A stretch of DNA of 64,000 nt from Candidatus Saccharimonadales bacterium (lineage in GTDB: Bacteria; Patescibacteriota; Saccharimonadia; UBA4664; SCTI01). The stretch is from contig DATIII010000008.1 of NCBI GenBank assembly GCA_035479795.1, positions 94,487-158,486 of the forward strand, given 5' to 3'. Position 1 is the first letter of the stretch. The number at the start of each line of letters is the position of its first letter. A program made the translations under genes and the position numbers. Shown here one piece after another: positions 37,931 to 49,002 of the stretch. Under the pieces are notes generated by a model that saw only the letters and a list, made by a program, of their open reading frames with translations, was not told the origin of the DNA and did not search any database.

Positions 37931-38075
37931 CTCCTAATTATACAAGGTCGGACCTTTACCTGGGAAGAAATGCCTTTTCAGATCAACGGAAGGTCGGACC
38001 CTGTTGACTAAACGTAAGTTTTATGATATAAAAAGGCCGTCGTACATCTACAATTTCAACCGAAAGGAAGCCCAC

Positions 38076-38483
38076 ATGCGGCTCGCAGTAGCCCTGGCGA
38101 TCTTCTTCATCACCCTCTTCGCTATTGGTGTGTGGGCGAACTACCCGATCACCACGGCAATCTGCCTGGTGCTCGGCGCGGCTTTGATCGGCATCATGAT
38201 CTACAACGGCGTGACAGGCGGAGTCATCTTCGATCGCACGACCGACGAAGGTCGCCGAACGGAGGTTCGGGTGGTAACTCTCGGCATTCTGCTGTTTGTC
38301 CTAGGGGCCTTTGCCGCTTGGGCCGGCCGTCAGAAGTTGGGCCACTGGGGCGAAACAGCCTTCACCACCGTCACCATCGCCGTCATCTTGGCGGCCATCG
38401 CCTTCGGCGTCGTGACCTGGGTGCTCAGCTACGCCGGGATTGACCTTGGCAAGAAGAAGAAAAAGAAGGACGACAACAAGTAG
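38076..38483 (+). CDS. 4-TM membrane protein with poly-Lys tail (GC-rich cassette)
   Basis: TTGACT...TGATATAAA promoter, SD AAAGGA; ends GKKKKKKDDNK. Confidence 0.75.
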   Translation: MRLAVALAIFFITLFAIGVWANYPITTAICLVLGAALIGIMIYNGVTGGVIFDRTTDEGRRTEVRVVTLGILLFVLGAFAAWAGRQKLGHWGETAFTTVTIAVILAAIAFGVVTWVLSYAGIDLGKKKKKKDDNK

Positions 38484-38558
38484 ACGTACGGATCGGCGCT
38501 AGGCCTCGGACTATCCCACCATCAGGTGGGCCCGAGCGCCTGGCGCCTTTTCTGTTTT

Positions 38559-39113
38559 TTATTTAGCGTATTTGATATCTAAAATAGTGATCAGTCGGTC
38601 CACCAGGCGAGCGGGGTCGTCGTCGAAAATCACCGTATGCCGGTTGCGCTTGGCCGCCTTCAAAACTTCCTTGATTGCATCGGTCACGCCCCCCGACCCG
38701 GTAACAATTCCAATCGGCGTCTTTTCTTCGAATGCCACCGCAAATTCTTGCAGTGTCCCGACCCGGCCGCCAATGGTTACTACAGCATCAGCCGAGCGAA
38801 CTAACAACAGATCCCGACCGGTATAACCAAACCCCGTGCAGAGGATACTGTCGAAGTTAGCTACCGGTAGTCGGTAAACTTTAATGTGCTCACGCCGAGA
38901 AACAGCTGGAGAAAAACCAATGGATACCCCGCCGGCCTGCTTGGCCGCCTTAGCGGCCGCGTCCGGCAGTCCAGATGTCGCGCCGGTAATCAAAACTTGT
39001 CCGCGCTCGGCAATTCGCTTGCCTGCTGCCTCCGCTAATTTGGCAGAATGCGTAACCGCCGCCCCTCTGGCCGAGCCGGAAACACAAATCTGATAGGGGT
39101 ACCCCGATTTCAT
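38559..39113 (-). CDS. LOG/SLOG-family protein (TIGR00725-like)
   Basis: ITGATSG, GRDLLLVRSAD and GGRVGTLQEF motifs. Confidence 0.88.
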   Translation of the reverse strand: MKSGYPYQICVSGSARGAAVTHSAKLAEAAGKRIAERGQVLITGATSGLPDAAAKAAKQAGGVSIGFSPAVSRREHIKVYRLPVANFDSILCTGFGYTGRDLLLVRSADAVVTIGGRVGTLQEFAVAFEEKTPIGIVTGSGGVTDAIKEVLKAAKRNRHTVIFDDDPARLVDRLITILDIKYAK

Positions 39114-40339
39114 AAGGTTTCAGGCTTAATCATGGCGTTATCTAATTTCATGAGTAGTTGTTCCTCGAGCTCCTTCTGCCCGAAGTACCTGGCAAACACT
39201 TCGTTCCACAACGACTCGCGGAAATGATACAGATAACGATCTTCAAATTTTAAGCCGTTCGAGTAACTTAGACTGACATCCATGAGGTTAAAAGTGACAG
39301 TCTCGCCAGTTTTTAGCGTCGCCACATAATCCATATCGCGCCACATCGCCAAATCGGGATCAACCTGATACAGCAGGTTCTCGGCCTTACGCCAATGCAA
39401 ATCCTCAGGCTGGACGTGTGGTTCAAAAATTTCCGGATGCGACTCGTTTTTGAGCTTGCCAAAGTAGCGCTGAATCACCCGCCAATGGATATGTCCGTGA
39501 TCGATCAGGGGGATGTCCGGCGTATCCGCGATCAAAGTTTCCGCCACAATCTGCCCAAAGTTTTTCTTGGGCTGCATCAGTTTAAAGAACGCACTGTACA
39601 GCCGAATCTCATTAAAGTAATGAAAAATCAGTGGCATAACCTTAAGGGTCACACCCGGCATCCGTTCGATCGTCATCGGCATAACACAAATAGCACCCAA
39701 CTCCTTCAGGTTGGTAATATTGTGCAGTTTCTTTTGAATAAAATGTTCGGCAATGTCACCCCATTTATTCGGGTCAAACTGAACAATTCTAATATTGCGG
39801 GCCTCAAAATCAGCCGGCTTCAGTTTGGAATACTTGGCGTTAAATTTATTCAGCCAGTCAGCTTCTTCCGCAAATCTCAGCGAGCCGTAGATCTCGAATA
39901 GATCCTCTTTTTCCAGTAGGCCTTCTAGTGAATCATGCCCCAGCCGTTTCATCACAGCCTTCGGCGGCATTGATTTAAGCATACCTTCCGCCACCTCGGT
40001 TTTAATAAACCAGCCATCGCGGGGCATCTGGACCTGCTCGATTCGGCGCACAACCAACGGGATCATTTCGTGTACATCCTCAGGATCATGCCCGCCGATA
40101 GTGTGGGCAAGATGCTCATCCTGTCGCTTAACTCTTTCGACTAATGCTTTGTACAGATCAGGTCCGCTGCAGCCGGCGTCAAGGCCCAGATCAGAAATCA
40201 CACTGCCAGCTTTCTGGGCAATCTCACCGGCCAAAGCAGCATCGATGCCCTTTTTACCTGTGCGCTTTTCCAGCTCCTGCAGTGCTTGGTCAAATAATGG
40301 CTCTTTGGCTTGAAGAAAGGTCGCGAGTCGGCTGCGCAT
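39110..40339 (-). CDS. conserved hypothetical protein
   Basis: 409-aa ORF coupled to both neighbours; no motif recognised. Confidence 0.85.
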   Translation of the reverse strand: MRSRLATFLQAKEPLFDQALQELEKRTGKKGIDAALAGEIAQKAGSVISDLGLDAGCSGPDLYKALVERVKRQDEHLAHTIGGHDPEDVHEMIPLVVRRIEQVQMPRDGWFIKTEVAEGMLKSMPPKAVMKRLGHDSLEGLLEKEDLFEIYGSLRFAEEADWLNKFNAKYSKLKPADFEARNIRIVQFDPNKWGDIAEHFIQKKLHNITNLKELGAICVMPMTIERMPGVTLKVMPLIFHYFNEIRLYSAFFKLMQPKKNFGQIVAETLIADTPDIPLIDHGHIHWRVIQRYFGKLKNESHPEIFEPHVQPEDLHWRKAENLLYQVDPDLAMWRDMDYVATLKTGETVTFNLMDVSLSYSNGLKFEDRYLYHFRESLWNEVFARYFGQKELEEQLLMKLDNAMIKPETL

Positions 40340-41313
40340 CAGATAGAAACTCGCTTAACTTTCATTTTCTTTATTTTCGACACCCCCCGAAGTATGCCGC
40401 TTTTGGCACCGACCGACTGCACAACCGAAGTCGAGTTGGCACTAGCCAGTGTCAGAGCATCTTCAATCGGCCAGCCCCGGGCAATAGCGGCTACAAAGCC
40501 CGAGCAAAAGGCGTCGCCTGCACCAGTGCGATCCAAGACTTTAACCCTCTGGTATTGACCAGCGAAGTAGATTACCTGACCATCTGAAGCATAACTACCA
40601 CCGGGCCCATCAGTTAGGACAATGTAGGGGCAATAGGGCATGGCGTTAAGCATGGTGTCCACGGGCGACTCGCCCCCAAACAGCCTGGCCATTTCCTCGC
40701 GGTTGGCAATCAATATGTCCACGGCCTGCAGATAGCCCCGCAGTTTTTTGGCATTAGCCAACTCCCCCGCACCGGGATTTAGAGCAACTCGAACATCGTT
40801 GCGATGAGCGGTTTGCAACAGGTTCTTTAATAAATCCATATTCCCAGCCAAAGAAGAAATGTACATCCATCCACCCTTCATTTGATGGAGCGAAAAGTCG
40901 TTTGTTTTGAGAGCATGCGAGGCGCCTCGGTAGGCTAGGATCGTGCGCTCGCCGTTATCAGCTAGCAAGATCACCGAGTAGCCCGTCCCGAGTCTGTCAT
41001 CCACCCGAACGTGGGCAGTATCAACCCCTTCACGTTTAAGGACTCGCAGGACTTCCGCACCGGCCGGATCCTTACCGAGTTTGCCCGCAAACTGCGCATT
41101 CATCCCTTGCCGAGCAAAAGTAACTGCCGCATTAGTAGCTCCACCACCGGTGTCAAAAAAAACGTGGTCGAGCTCGAGCTTGGCTCCCAACGGAAACTGC
41201 TCGACAAAACTGTGACTACGCACGTCGCGCTTGGCATGCAACGCCTTGCCCGCCGCAAAGACGTCTTGGGTCGCCGCCCCCACGCAAATAATATCGATAT
41301 CTCTAGGATCCAT
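40339..41313 (-). CDS. PfkB-family carbohydrate kinase
   Basis: GGGATNAA and DRTGAGDAFCSGF signatures. Confidence 0.93.
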   Translation of the reverse strand: MDPRDIDIICVGAATQDVFAAGKALHAKRDVRSHSFVEQFPLGAKLELDHVFFDTGGGATNAAVTFARQGMNAQFAGKLGKDPAGAEVLRVLKREGVDTAHVRVDDRLGTGYSVILLADNGERTILAYRGASHALKTNDFSLHQMKGGWMYISSLAGNMDLLKNLLQTAHRNDVRVALNPGAGELANAKKLRGYLQAVDILIANREEMARLFGGESPVDTMLNAMPYCPYIVLTDGPGGSYASDGQVIYFAGQYQRVKVLDRTGAGDAFCSGFVAAIARGWPIEDALTLASANSTSVVQSVGAKSGILRGVSKIKKMKVKRVSI

Positions 41314-41378
41314 GCCTAAATTATACCGCTTATGGTATTTGAAAAATAGTCACAAATACCGATATACAATCTGAAACT

Positions 41379-42125
41379 CTACTCAAATTTCATTGATTTA
41401 AGTATTTGTTCAGCCATGATGAGGTTCGGAAGAGCGTAGTATTTATCAGCTGGCAGTTTAGACTGCGTAAAGGTTTGGGGATAAGCGCCGTAAGCCCAGA
41501 CCCGACCGGTATCATCATCTTTGGCGCCTTTTTTATTAAAGATAAGATAGGGCGGAAAGCTACGAATCTCCTTAATTTTCACAAATGCGTCGACATCGTA
41601 ATCACCTTTATACAGGGTATAAAGGCCGATTGTCTTTTGGCCTAAGTCACGCCGGCTCGGGTAGGTCGCAAGATAATACTTGATCAAATAGGTGTCGGCC
41701 GAACCTCCTGATACCGTGGCCGGTGCGGCACTGTATGTTTCAACATAGGGGCAGCCGTCGTCTTCTTGCTCTTCCATACTGCAGCCCCCACCTATACCAC
41801 TGGGATTGTTATAAACATAAAACTCAAAGCCATCAGGAGCCGTCAACTTGCCAGTGTCGGTTTTCCACGTATCCTGGACCTCTAACTTAATATCCGAGCT
41901 CCAGTTGGCCGGATACCTAAAACTCAAACCATTAATTGTCGACTTATAAGTAGCCCAGCCTTTGTATGGGTCAGTCTTGGCGGCGGGAACTTTCGACTCG
42001 GAAGTAACCGTCTTGGCGCCATGATTTTGATAGGCAAAGTAGGCCGCTGTACCAATCGCAAAGATGGCTACCACTACCAGAAGTCCTTCGAGTACTGCGA
42101 GCCCTGTTTGATTAATTTTTTTCAT
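41379..42125 (-). CDS. exported protein with prepilin-like N-terminus
   Basis: MKKINQTG|LAVLEGLLVVV (G-1, E+5); W.TY...GLSFRYP..W (PsbP-like start). Confidence 0.75.
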   Translation of the reverse strand: MKKINQTGLAVLEGLLVVVAIFAIGTAAYFAYQNHGAKTVTSESKVPAAKTDPYKGWATYKSTINGLSFRYPANWSSDIKLEVQDTWKTDTGKLTAPDGFEFYVYNNPSGIGGGCSMEEQEDDGCPYVETYSAAPATVSGGSADTYLIKYYLATYPSRRDLGQKTIGLYTLYKGDYDVDAFVKIKEIRSFPPYLIFNKKGAKDDDTGRVWAYGAYPQTFTQSKLPADKYYALPNLIMAEQILKSMKFE

Positions 42126-42160
42126 TTTAGACCTTTTGTTTTGGTAATTGGTTATGCTTA

Positions 42161-42799
42161 TTATCCTATGCCGTCAAGCTGGGGCGTATCCAGTGATTTC
42201 CAGATATACCAAGACGCGATTGATTCATACCCCTCCCATTTACCCTTGGCCGCGAGTTGGCGGATTTTCAAATCGTCAGGGAGGTCGCGTAAACCATACA
42301 GAATTCTAATGCCATTGCGCACGCCCAAATCGCCGACGGGTAGAACCTCTAGCCGCCCCAGGCAAAAAATCAGAAACATATGGGCCGTCCATTCGCCAAT
42401 GCCCTTCACGTCGGTTACCTCCACTACGATCTCGTCATTAGTAAGGTTAGATATACGCTTCAAATCAAGTCGTCCATCCTGTACATGAGCCGCCAAATCC
42501 TTGATGTATTTAACTTTTGAATTAGACAGTCCAACCCCACGGAGAACCTCATCGCTCATCTGGAGAACCTCATCTGGCCGCGGAAAGCCCTTGTGACCCA
42601 GGTCGGCAAATCGCTGGCGAATAGTACTAGCTGCTTTAACGCTGAGCTGCTGGCCAATAATGGAACTGGCCAAGGCTTGAAAATAGTTACTGTGCGGCTG
42701 GATATCTGGACGTGGATTGCGACTAATAACCAGAGCTAAAACTGGATCATTAGCCGAAATAACCTCGATGCCCTCGGAAATCTTGTCCTGAAAATCCAT
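42161..42799 (-). CDS. DNA-3-methyladenine glycosylase II (AlkA family)
   Basis: IIGQQLSVKAA, HhH VKGIGEWTA, LPVGDLGV; start MDFQDK. Confidence 0.9.
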   Translation of the reverse strand: MDFQDKISEGIEVISANDPVLALVISRNPRPDIQPHSNYFQALASSIIGQQLSVKAASTIRQRFADLGHKGFPRPDEVLQMSDEVLRGVGLSNSKVKYIKDLAAHVQDGRLDLKRISNLTNDEIVVEVTDVKGIGEWTAHMFLIFCLGRLEVLPVGDLGVRNGIRILYGLRDLPDDLKIRQLAAKGKWEGYESIASWYIWKSLDTPQLDGIG

Positions 42800-42806
42800 C
42801 TGATAT

Positions 42807-43706
42807 TTAGGATTTGTTGACAGAGGCGTCGTAGACGGCAGCGATGGTGGACTCAAGCTTGGCGCCAAATTCTGCGTCTGATTGGTCAGCCTTTAAGCCT
42901 TCAGCCAATACTCGGCTAAAGCTGGCAATCACATCGTGATTTTGCCGCAATCGCCGGTTCGCTTCGTTTCCGTCATAGCCACCGGAAAGCGCCACTACTC
43001 TTACTACCCGTGGGTGCTTTGTGAACGGCTCATACAAATCGGGCTGCTCCGGCAGGGTCAGCTTGAGCATAACCATCTGATCTTCGCCTAGTTTATCCAA
43101 ATGGGCATTCAGCTGATCAAACAGCTCTTTTTCGCATTCGGCCTTATCAGGGGCATGAATATCTACCTCAGGCTCAATAATGGGCACGAGATTTTTACTC
43201 ATTATCTGGTGGGCGCAGTCGAACTGTTGCTCGACAACCTTGGCAATCCCATCGGCATTATGGCCTTTGATCACCGACCGCATCTTAGTTCCAAAAATAT
43301 GTTTTTCCACCGCTCTATCAAGCAAAGCGTCTAAATCCGGCATCGGCTTCATGAGCTGAACACCACCCACTTCTTCAGCCAGGCCATTATCTATCTTTAA
43401 AAAGGGCACAACCTTTTTCTGCTCCCATAAGTAATCGGCACTATCCTGGCCTTCAATCTGACGCTCCATGGTTGCCTTGAATAAGATGGCACCTAGAATA
43501 CGGTCGCCACTAAAAACGGGGCTGGTAACTATCCGACTACGCATCTGGTGGACCAGATCAAACATCTGCTCCTCACCCGAATAAGCCGTTTCCGAAATGC
43601 CATAACTGGCCAAGGCCTTAGGCGTACTTCCGCCCGACTGATCTAGGGCCGCCACAAAGCCTTTACCATCGCGCATCTTGGCTAGCTGTTCCTGATTTGG
43701 ATTCAT
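42807..43706 (-). CDS. fda: class I fructose-bisphosphate aldolase
   Basis: [38 protein letters not shown] and ASFSR motifs. Confidence 0.92.
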   Translation of the reverse strand: MNPNQEQLAKMRDGKGFVAALDQSGGSTPKALASYGISETAYSGEEQMFDLVHQMRSRIVTSPVFSGDRILGAILFKATMERQIEGQDSADYLWEQKKVVPFLKIDNGLAEEVGGVQLMKPMPDLDALLDRAVEKHIFGTKMRSVIKGHNADGIAKVVEQQFDCAHQIMSKNLVPIIEPEVDIHAPDKAECEKELFDQLNAHLDKLGEDQMVMLKLTLPEQPDLYEPFTKHPRVVRVVALSGGYDGNEANRRLRQNHDVIASFSRVLAEGLKADQSDAEFGAKLESTIAAVYDASVNKS

Positions 43707-43708
43707 AA

Positions 43709-44689
43709 TTACTCCTTAATTAGCTCCTCCGCCGCCTTCATTATATGTGGTGCTGTCAGGCCAAAGTGCTCAAGTAGCTCATCTGGCTTGCCGGATTCAC
43801 CGAACCGATCACGCATGCCAATCCGTCTAACCGGTACCGGAAAGTTTTCACTCAGCAGCTCGGTCACGGCGGATCCTAATCCACCGGCAATCTGGCTTTC
43901 TTCACAGGTGACTACCCGTCCAGTTTTCTTGACCGACTTTAATATGGTAACTGAATCTAATGGTTTGACTACGGCGGCGTTGATCACTTCGGCCTCGATT
44001 CCCTTTTGTTTTAATTTTTCAGCAGCCAGCAGCGCCTGATGAACCAAGAGTCCGCAGGCGACGATAGTAATGTCTTCGCCCTCACGCAATATCTGAGCTT
44101 TATTCAGCGCAAACGGAGTATCGGGAGTTGTGATAACAGCCGATTTTTCGCGGGCCAGCCGAATGTAGGCCCCGCCCGGATGGCTGGCCAGAGCAATGGT
44201 GGCTTTTTCGGCTTCGACTGAGTCGCACGGTACCACCACTGTCATATTCGGTAGTACCCGCATTAGCGCAATGTCTTCTAGCATCTGGTGGGTGGCGCCA
44301 TCAGGGCCAACCGATACGCCGGCATGCGAACCGGCAATTTTAACATTGGTTTCATTTAAACAAACTGTCGTACGTATCTGTTCCCAGTTGCGGCCGGGCG
44401 AAAAGGCAGCATAGCTGGATACAAAGGGAATCTTCCCAGCCAGAGCCATGCCAGTGGCCACCGTCACCAAGTTCTGTTCGGCCACCCCAACCTCAACAAA
44501 TCTTTCCGGAAAAGCTTTGGCAAAACCGTCCATTTTGGTCGAATCAGTTAGGTCGGCGCAAAGAGCCACCACATTTGGCAGTCGCTCACCGAGCTTTACC
44601 AGCCCACTGCCGAAGCCATCACGAATAGCCTGTTGTTTAACTTCCGGGCTGAGCGCATCCGGTGTTAGTTTCATCTCGGTGTTCATCAT
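43709..44689 (-). CDS. transketolase, C-terminal subunit
   Basis: [16 protein letters not shown] and YIRLAR motifs. Confidence 0.94.
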   Translation of the reverse strand: MMNTEMKLTPDALSPEVKQQAIRDGFGSGLVKLGERLPNVVALCADLTDSTKMDGFAKAFPERFVEVGVAEQNLVTVATGMALAGKIPFVSSYAAFSPGRNWEQIRTTVCLNETNVKIAGSHAGVSVGPDGATHQMLEDIALMRVLPNMTVVVPCDSVEAEKATIALASHPGGAYIRLAREKSAVITTPDTPFALNKAQILREGEDITIVACGLLVHQALLAAEKLKQKGIEAEVINAAVVKPLDSVTILKSVKKTGRVVTCEESQIAGGLGSAVTELLSENFPVPVRRIGMRDRFGESGKPDELLEHFGLTAPHIMKAAEELIKE

Positions 44690-45096
44690 TTTCTAATTCC
44701 CCTTGAATACTGCCTTTGGCGCCAAGCATCTGTAACGAGAATTATCATACTAATGACAACTAAGGGTACTACTATGATTGGCCCTAAATTAAAATGGCCC
44801 TCAGACTGGGCGCCATACCATAATGGCAAAATAAATGATGCGATCAACATCGCAATGAAATTCTTACGTGACAGCGTTATCAAATACCCAACCATAACTA
44901 GCGCGGCGCAAATTGCGATGAACCCATAAATAAAGGCAAAGATTGCAAGCGTATTAGTAAGACCGGATATTGAACTATTAACCACTAACCCGCTGCCAAA
45001 AAGTATCAACTGCGTAATGGGAATAATTGCCGGTATTGCGAGCCACATGGCTACTGGCCAAGTTCGATAATTTAAGTTAACCATCAGCCTAGTCAC
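44686..45096 (-). CDS. 4-TM hypothetical membrane protein
   Basis: AT-richer sequence; overlaps both transketolase halves. Confidence 0.7.
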   Translation of the reverse strand: MTRLMVNLNYRTWPVAMWLAIPAIIPITQLILFGSGLVVNSSISGLTNTLAIFAFIYGFIAICAALVMVGYLITLSRKNFIAMLIASFILPLWYGAQSEGHFNLGPIIVVPLVVISMIILVTDAWRQRQYSRGIRK

Positions 45097-45971
45097 TATT
45101 CATGCTCCCCGCGAATCCGGCCTTGGAGGGTCCGTAACTCATGCAGGGCGATCTTGGCTTGCTCAGCCTTGGGCGGTGATCCAGGCGGCTCAATGGTGCC
45201 AGGCGGGTTGCCGTGCCAGTGAAAGTCATATTCCATAAAATCTACCCCTTTGCCCGGAATCGTATGCGCCACGATAACTGTAGGCTTATTTTCGACGGCT
45301 TTGGCCAGATTGCAGGCGTCGATGACGGCTTGAATATTGTGGCCGTCCACCTCCATCGTATGCCAGCCAAAGGCCTTGAATTTCTCGGCCAAATCACCAA
45401 GCGGCATAACCTTTTCGGTTGGCCCATCAATCTGGATATTATTGCGGTCGACTATCACCGTTAGATTGCTCAAGTTGTATTTGGGTGCAAACAGGGCAGC
45501 TTCCCAAATATTACCCTCGTCAAGCTCACCATCGCCAGTTAGGCAATAGACTCTTCTGTCTTTTTTACCGTCCATTTTAAAGGCCAGTGCCAAGCCACAT
45601 GCAGCACTCAAACCGGAGCCAAGTGGACCGCTGGTCGTCTCCAGCCCGGGCAGTCGCAGCCTCTCAGGATGGCCTTGTAGCCGAGAGCCGAATTTACGCA
45701 GAGTCTTCAACTCTTTCACCGGAAAGTAGCCAGCCCGAGCCATGGCCGCGTAACGGATTGGCACAATATGTCCGTTGGACAAGATCAAGCGGTCGCGTTC
45801 GGGCCAATCAGGATTTTTAGGGTCATGTTTGAGAATTCGAAAATACAGGGCTGTAAAAATGTCGGCCATTCCGAGTGGGCCAGCCGAATGCCCGCTACCG
45901 GCCGCCACCAGCATTTCGATAACGTCTTGGCGCAGTTGATTGGCCTGCTTGTCTAGCTCAGCGACGGTCAT
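45096..45971 (-). CDS. transketolase, N-terminal (TPP-binding) subunit
   Basis: SGH, DRLILSNGH, LQGHP and GDGELDEG...N motifs. Confidence 0.95.
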   Translation of the reverse strand: MTVAELDKQANQLRQDVIEMLVAAGSGHSAGPLGMADIFTALYFRILKHDPKNPDWPERDRLILSNGHIVPIRYAAMARAGYFPVKELKTLRKFGSRLQGHPERLRLPGLETTSGPLGSGLSAACGLALAFKMDGKKDRRVYCLTGDGELDEGNIWEAALFAPKYNLSNLTVIVDRNNIQIDGPTEKVMPLGDLAEKFKAFGWHTMEVDGHNIQAVIDACNLAKAVENKPTVIVAHTIPGKGVDFMEYDFHWHGNPPGTIEPPGSPPKAEQAKIALHELRTLQGRIRGEHE

Positions 45972-46606
45972 ACCGGCACCTCGGCCTTCATCTGGATCAC
46001 GTCGTAGGCCTGCTCGGGCATGGGCGAACTCTGAAGGTAGGCACCAACGAACAAAACGTCAGCATCTTTGGCCACAATCTGCTTCGCCACCACGTCGGTC
46101 ACGCCCCCATCGACGCCAACTTCCACGCTGGGATTGAGCTGGCGAACGGCGGCGATTTTTTCTAGCGGCCCGGCTTGGAACTGGCCGCCATTGTGGCCCA
46201 AGTGGCCAGTGAAAATAAGTACGTGGTCGGCCAGCTTAATTAGTTCGGCCGCCGAATCAACCGTCGTCTCGGGCAGGATAGCCACACCGGCTTTGACATC
46301 GAGCTCATGGCAATGATTGATGAGGGATGCGAGATCGCCGTTAGATTCGGCATGAAAGATAATCAACTCAGGATGCAAGCTTAAAGCTGACTCGATCTGG
46401 CTAGCCGGATCTTTGACCATCAGATGCAGGTCAACAGCCAACCCGGTATCAAAATGCACCTGGGCCAGGCTGATCGTGGGATTATCGGCAAACTGGCCAT
46501 CGCAAATGTCGATATGAACTCGCGGCGATAATGAAGTCGCCAACTTTAGCCGCTGATCATACTCGGCCGGGCTGGTGGCGAGCACCGTCGGCACCACTTT
46601 AGCCAT
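45968..46606 (-). CDS. rpe: ribulose-phosphate 3-epimerase
   Basis: HIDICDGQF, DLHLMV, FHAE and VDGG; start MAKVVP. Confidence 0.9.
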   Translation of the reverse strand: MAKVVPTVLATSPAEYDQRLKLATSLSPRVHIDICDGQFADNPTISLAQVHFDTGLAVDLHLMVKDPASQIESALSLHPELIIFHAESNGDLASLINHCHELDVKAGVAILPETTVDSAAELIKLADHVLIFTGHLGHNGGQFQAGPLEKIAAVRQLNPSVEVGVDGGVTDVVAKQIVAKDADVLFVGAYLQSSPMPEQAYDVIQMKAEVPV

Positions 46607-46609
46607 TAT

Positions 46610-46732
46610 TAAAAATCCCCCAGCTTGATGGAGTTCAAGGAAAAACCAGTCCCTGCAGCGAGGCGTAGTGCGACTACGTCGAGCGAAGCGACGCTGATTT
46701 GACGCTGAAATACGCAAACTGGAGGGTTTTTA
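46610..46732. repeat. ~120-nt palindromic element, copy D
   Basis: TAAAAATCCCCCAG/CTGGAGGGTTTTTA ends; core CGTAG-tgcga-CTACG; includes the rpiB stop codon. Confidence 0.75.
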
Positions 46733-47182
46733 GCCACCGTATATTTCCTCTATTTGTTCAAGTCGACGCTTGTGTCTTTCAAGGCCAGAAAATTTTTGAT
46801 CAATAAAGGCGTCTACCACGGCTAAGGCCGTATCGATGTCGATCATATTTGCCGGCAGCACCAGCACATTGGCATCGTCGTCATGACGCGCGGCGCGGGC
46901 TTCCTGCGGGCTCCAGACCAAGGCCGCTCGGATTCCCGGAACTTTATTGGCTGCCATGGCCATCCCCTGGCCGCTACCACACAACAAAATACCATAGGCC
47001 TCACCGTCTCCCTCGCCTAGCAGCTTGGTACAAACACTAAAGGCATATTTGGGATAATCATCGTCTTTGTTGAATGTCACCGCCCCCTCATCCTCAACGC
47101 CAATACCCTTATGAGCCAGGTGATCCAAGACCTGATTCTTCATCTCGAACCCTTTATGGTCAGAGCCCAGAAATACGACCAT
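46730..47182 (-). CDS. rpiB: ribose-5-phosphate isomerase B
   Basis: GSDHKG, DDYP, CGSGQG, ANKVPGIRA and RHKRR motifs. Confidence 0.93.
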   Translation of the reverse strand: MVVFLGSDHKGFEMKNQVLDHLAHKGIGVEDEGAVTFNKDDDYPKYAFSVCTKLLGEGDGEAYGILLCGSGQGMAMAANKVPGIRAALVWSPQEARAARHDDDANVLVLPANMIDIDTALAVVDAFIDQKFSGLERHKRRLEQIEEIYGG

Positions 47183-47241
47183 TTACAGTACTCCCAAAAC
47201 GATATGACGGTAGAGAGGAATTAACGCCGCAGATAGCGCCG

Positions 47242-48264
47242 TCATATCGTTTTCCCGACATTTATAACCTGTTCAACGAGTCGGTTCGAATACCCCCACT
47301 CGTTATCGTACCAAGCCACAACCTTCACCAAATTTCCGCCAACCACGTTTGTCAGCTTCAAATCCACAATGGCCGAATGAGTATTGCCGCGATAATCGGT
47401 AGAAACCAATTCTTCTTCAGTAGCGGCGAGGATCCCTTGAAGCTTGGGGCTATGACTGGCCTTGGTTAAAGCCGCATTTACCTCTTCGACCGTAGTATCT
47501 TTCTTACTGACAAAGGTGATATCAGCGATCGAAACCACCGGCGTGGGGACCCGAATGCTCATACCGTCAAAGATACCCTTTAGCGCCGGGTAGGCCAGAG
47601 CCGCTGCCTTAGAGGCACCAGTAGTGGTGGGCACAATGTTTTCAGCCGCATTGCGAGCTTCGCGCAGGTCCTTGGCCGGAGCATCTTGCAGCTTTTGGCT
47701 GGCCGTGTAGGAGTGAACCGTAGTCATTAAGGACTTTTCAACTCCAAAAACTTCATCCAAAACCACCATGACCGGTGTGATGCAGTTGGTGGTACACGAG
47801 GCATTTGAAACAATCTTATGTTCTGATGTAATTTTGTCCTCGTTAGCCCCAATCACAAAGGTTTCGTGGGCTTCGTGATGAGCTAAATCACCTTTTTCCG
47901 GGGCGCTCAGCACAACTCGCTTGGCTCCGGCCTTCAAATGTGACTCGAGAGCTTCATGGGTGGTGAAAAAGCCGGTGCTTTCAATGACCACATCTACCTT
48001 CAGGTCCTTCCAGGGCAGAGTAGCCGGATCTTTTTCGGCCAGAACTGCAATCTTTTTACCGCCCACAATCAAGTGTTTTTCATCGTGCCCGACTTCTTCG
48101 TGGTAAAGACCGTAGTTCGAGTCGTGTTTGAGTAAGTGGGCCAGCGTTTCGGTATCTGTTAAATCATTAACCGCCACCACTTCGAGCTCATGATGAGCGT
48201 TGGCAATCTTAAAGGCATTGCGGCCAATGCGCCCAAAGCCATTAATTGCTACTTTTATTGCCAT
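47242..48264 (-). CDS. gap: type I glyceraldehyde-3-phosphate dehydrogenase
   Basis: INGFGRIGR, SNASCTTNC and WYDNEWGY motifs. Confidence 0.98.
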   Translation of the reverse strand: MAIKVAINGFGRIGRNAFKIANAHHELEVVAVNDLTDTETLAHLLKHDSNYGLYHEEVGHDEKHLIVGGKKIAVLAEKDPATLPWKDLKVDVVIESTGFFTTHEALESHLKAGAKRVVLSAPEKGDLAHHEAHETFVIGANEDKITSEHKIVSNASCTTNCITPVMVVLDEVFGVEKSLMTTVHSYTASQKLQDAPAKDLREARNAAENIVPTTTGASKAAALAYPALKGIFDGMSIRVPTPVVSIADITFVSKKDTTVEEVNAALTKASHSPKLQGILAATEEELVSTDYRGNTHSAIVDLKLTNVVGGNLVKVVAWYDNEWGYSNRLVEQVINVGKTI

Positions 48265-48372
48265 ATTTCCCTCTTTATTGTTTTTGTTTTTGGCTAATCT
48301 TATCTACATCTTATAAGCATAAGAGCTATTATGCAATGTTTTGTCAGGTCTTACGGTAGTAGTGACAACCCG

Positions 48373-49002
48373 CTATTCGTTGGCGGTGAAATTGAAGCTA
48401 GCTGGAATGGGATTTGGCAGTTCGGACTCGGTGCCATAGGTCAGAACGATTTCCTGATGAGCTTCCAGCTTTAACTGGCGCGGATCACCGGTATACTCAT
48501 GACCGTTTACATAAACTCGCACTCTGCTATCATCCTTCGAGCCGTAACCACCTAGATGATCTTTATCAAATTTCACGCCCCAGATATCCATAAACTGGCC
48601 AAAGTAAAAATCCTGCTTCTTCGGCGACTCAACATGGATAACTCCGCGCGTGTCATGGGTATGTAGCTCGGTTATAAAACCTGCGGCCTCGTTGATGCCA
48701 ATCTCGGGAACAACCTCGACGGCCTTACCATGCACAAAAATATCCAGGTGCTGGTGAATATGGAAATCGACAGCTTCTTGCGGTAGAGCCGGCATACCAA
48801 TCTTATCCAAGCGTTCTTTTAGCTTGTCAGTATTCTTGGGCCATGGCGCTTCTGAGGTTAACAGGCCGGGCAAACCGTCTGACGTGGCACTGGGCTTAAC
48901 TGACTGATCGGGGGACTTATCGGAATTGCCGCCCAACATGAAAACGCCAACTAGGCCGGCAACGACCAGTGCCAAGACAATCCACAATCCGTACTTCCTC
49001 AT
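48373..49002 (-). CDS. exported His-motif hypothetical protein
   Basis: N-terminal TM; HIHQHL, LHTHD and IHVE putative metal ligands. Confidence 0.8.
   Translation of the reverse strand: MRKYGLWIVLALVVAGLVGVFMLGGNSDKSPDQSVKPSATSDGLPGLLTSEAPWPKNTDKLKERLDKIGMPALPQEAVDFHIHQHLDIFVHGKAVEVVPEIGINEAAGFITELHTHDTRGVIHVESPKKQDFYFGQFMDIWGVKFDKDHLGGYGSKDDSRVRVYVNGHEYTGDPRQLKLEAHQEIVLTYGTESELPNPIPASFNFTANE

Noticed and set aside
46607-46717. 37-aa N-terminal extension of Rpe
   Set aside because: This is the palindromic element read through from a TTG; the ATG at 46606 matches the normal Rpe start
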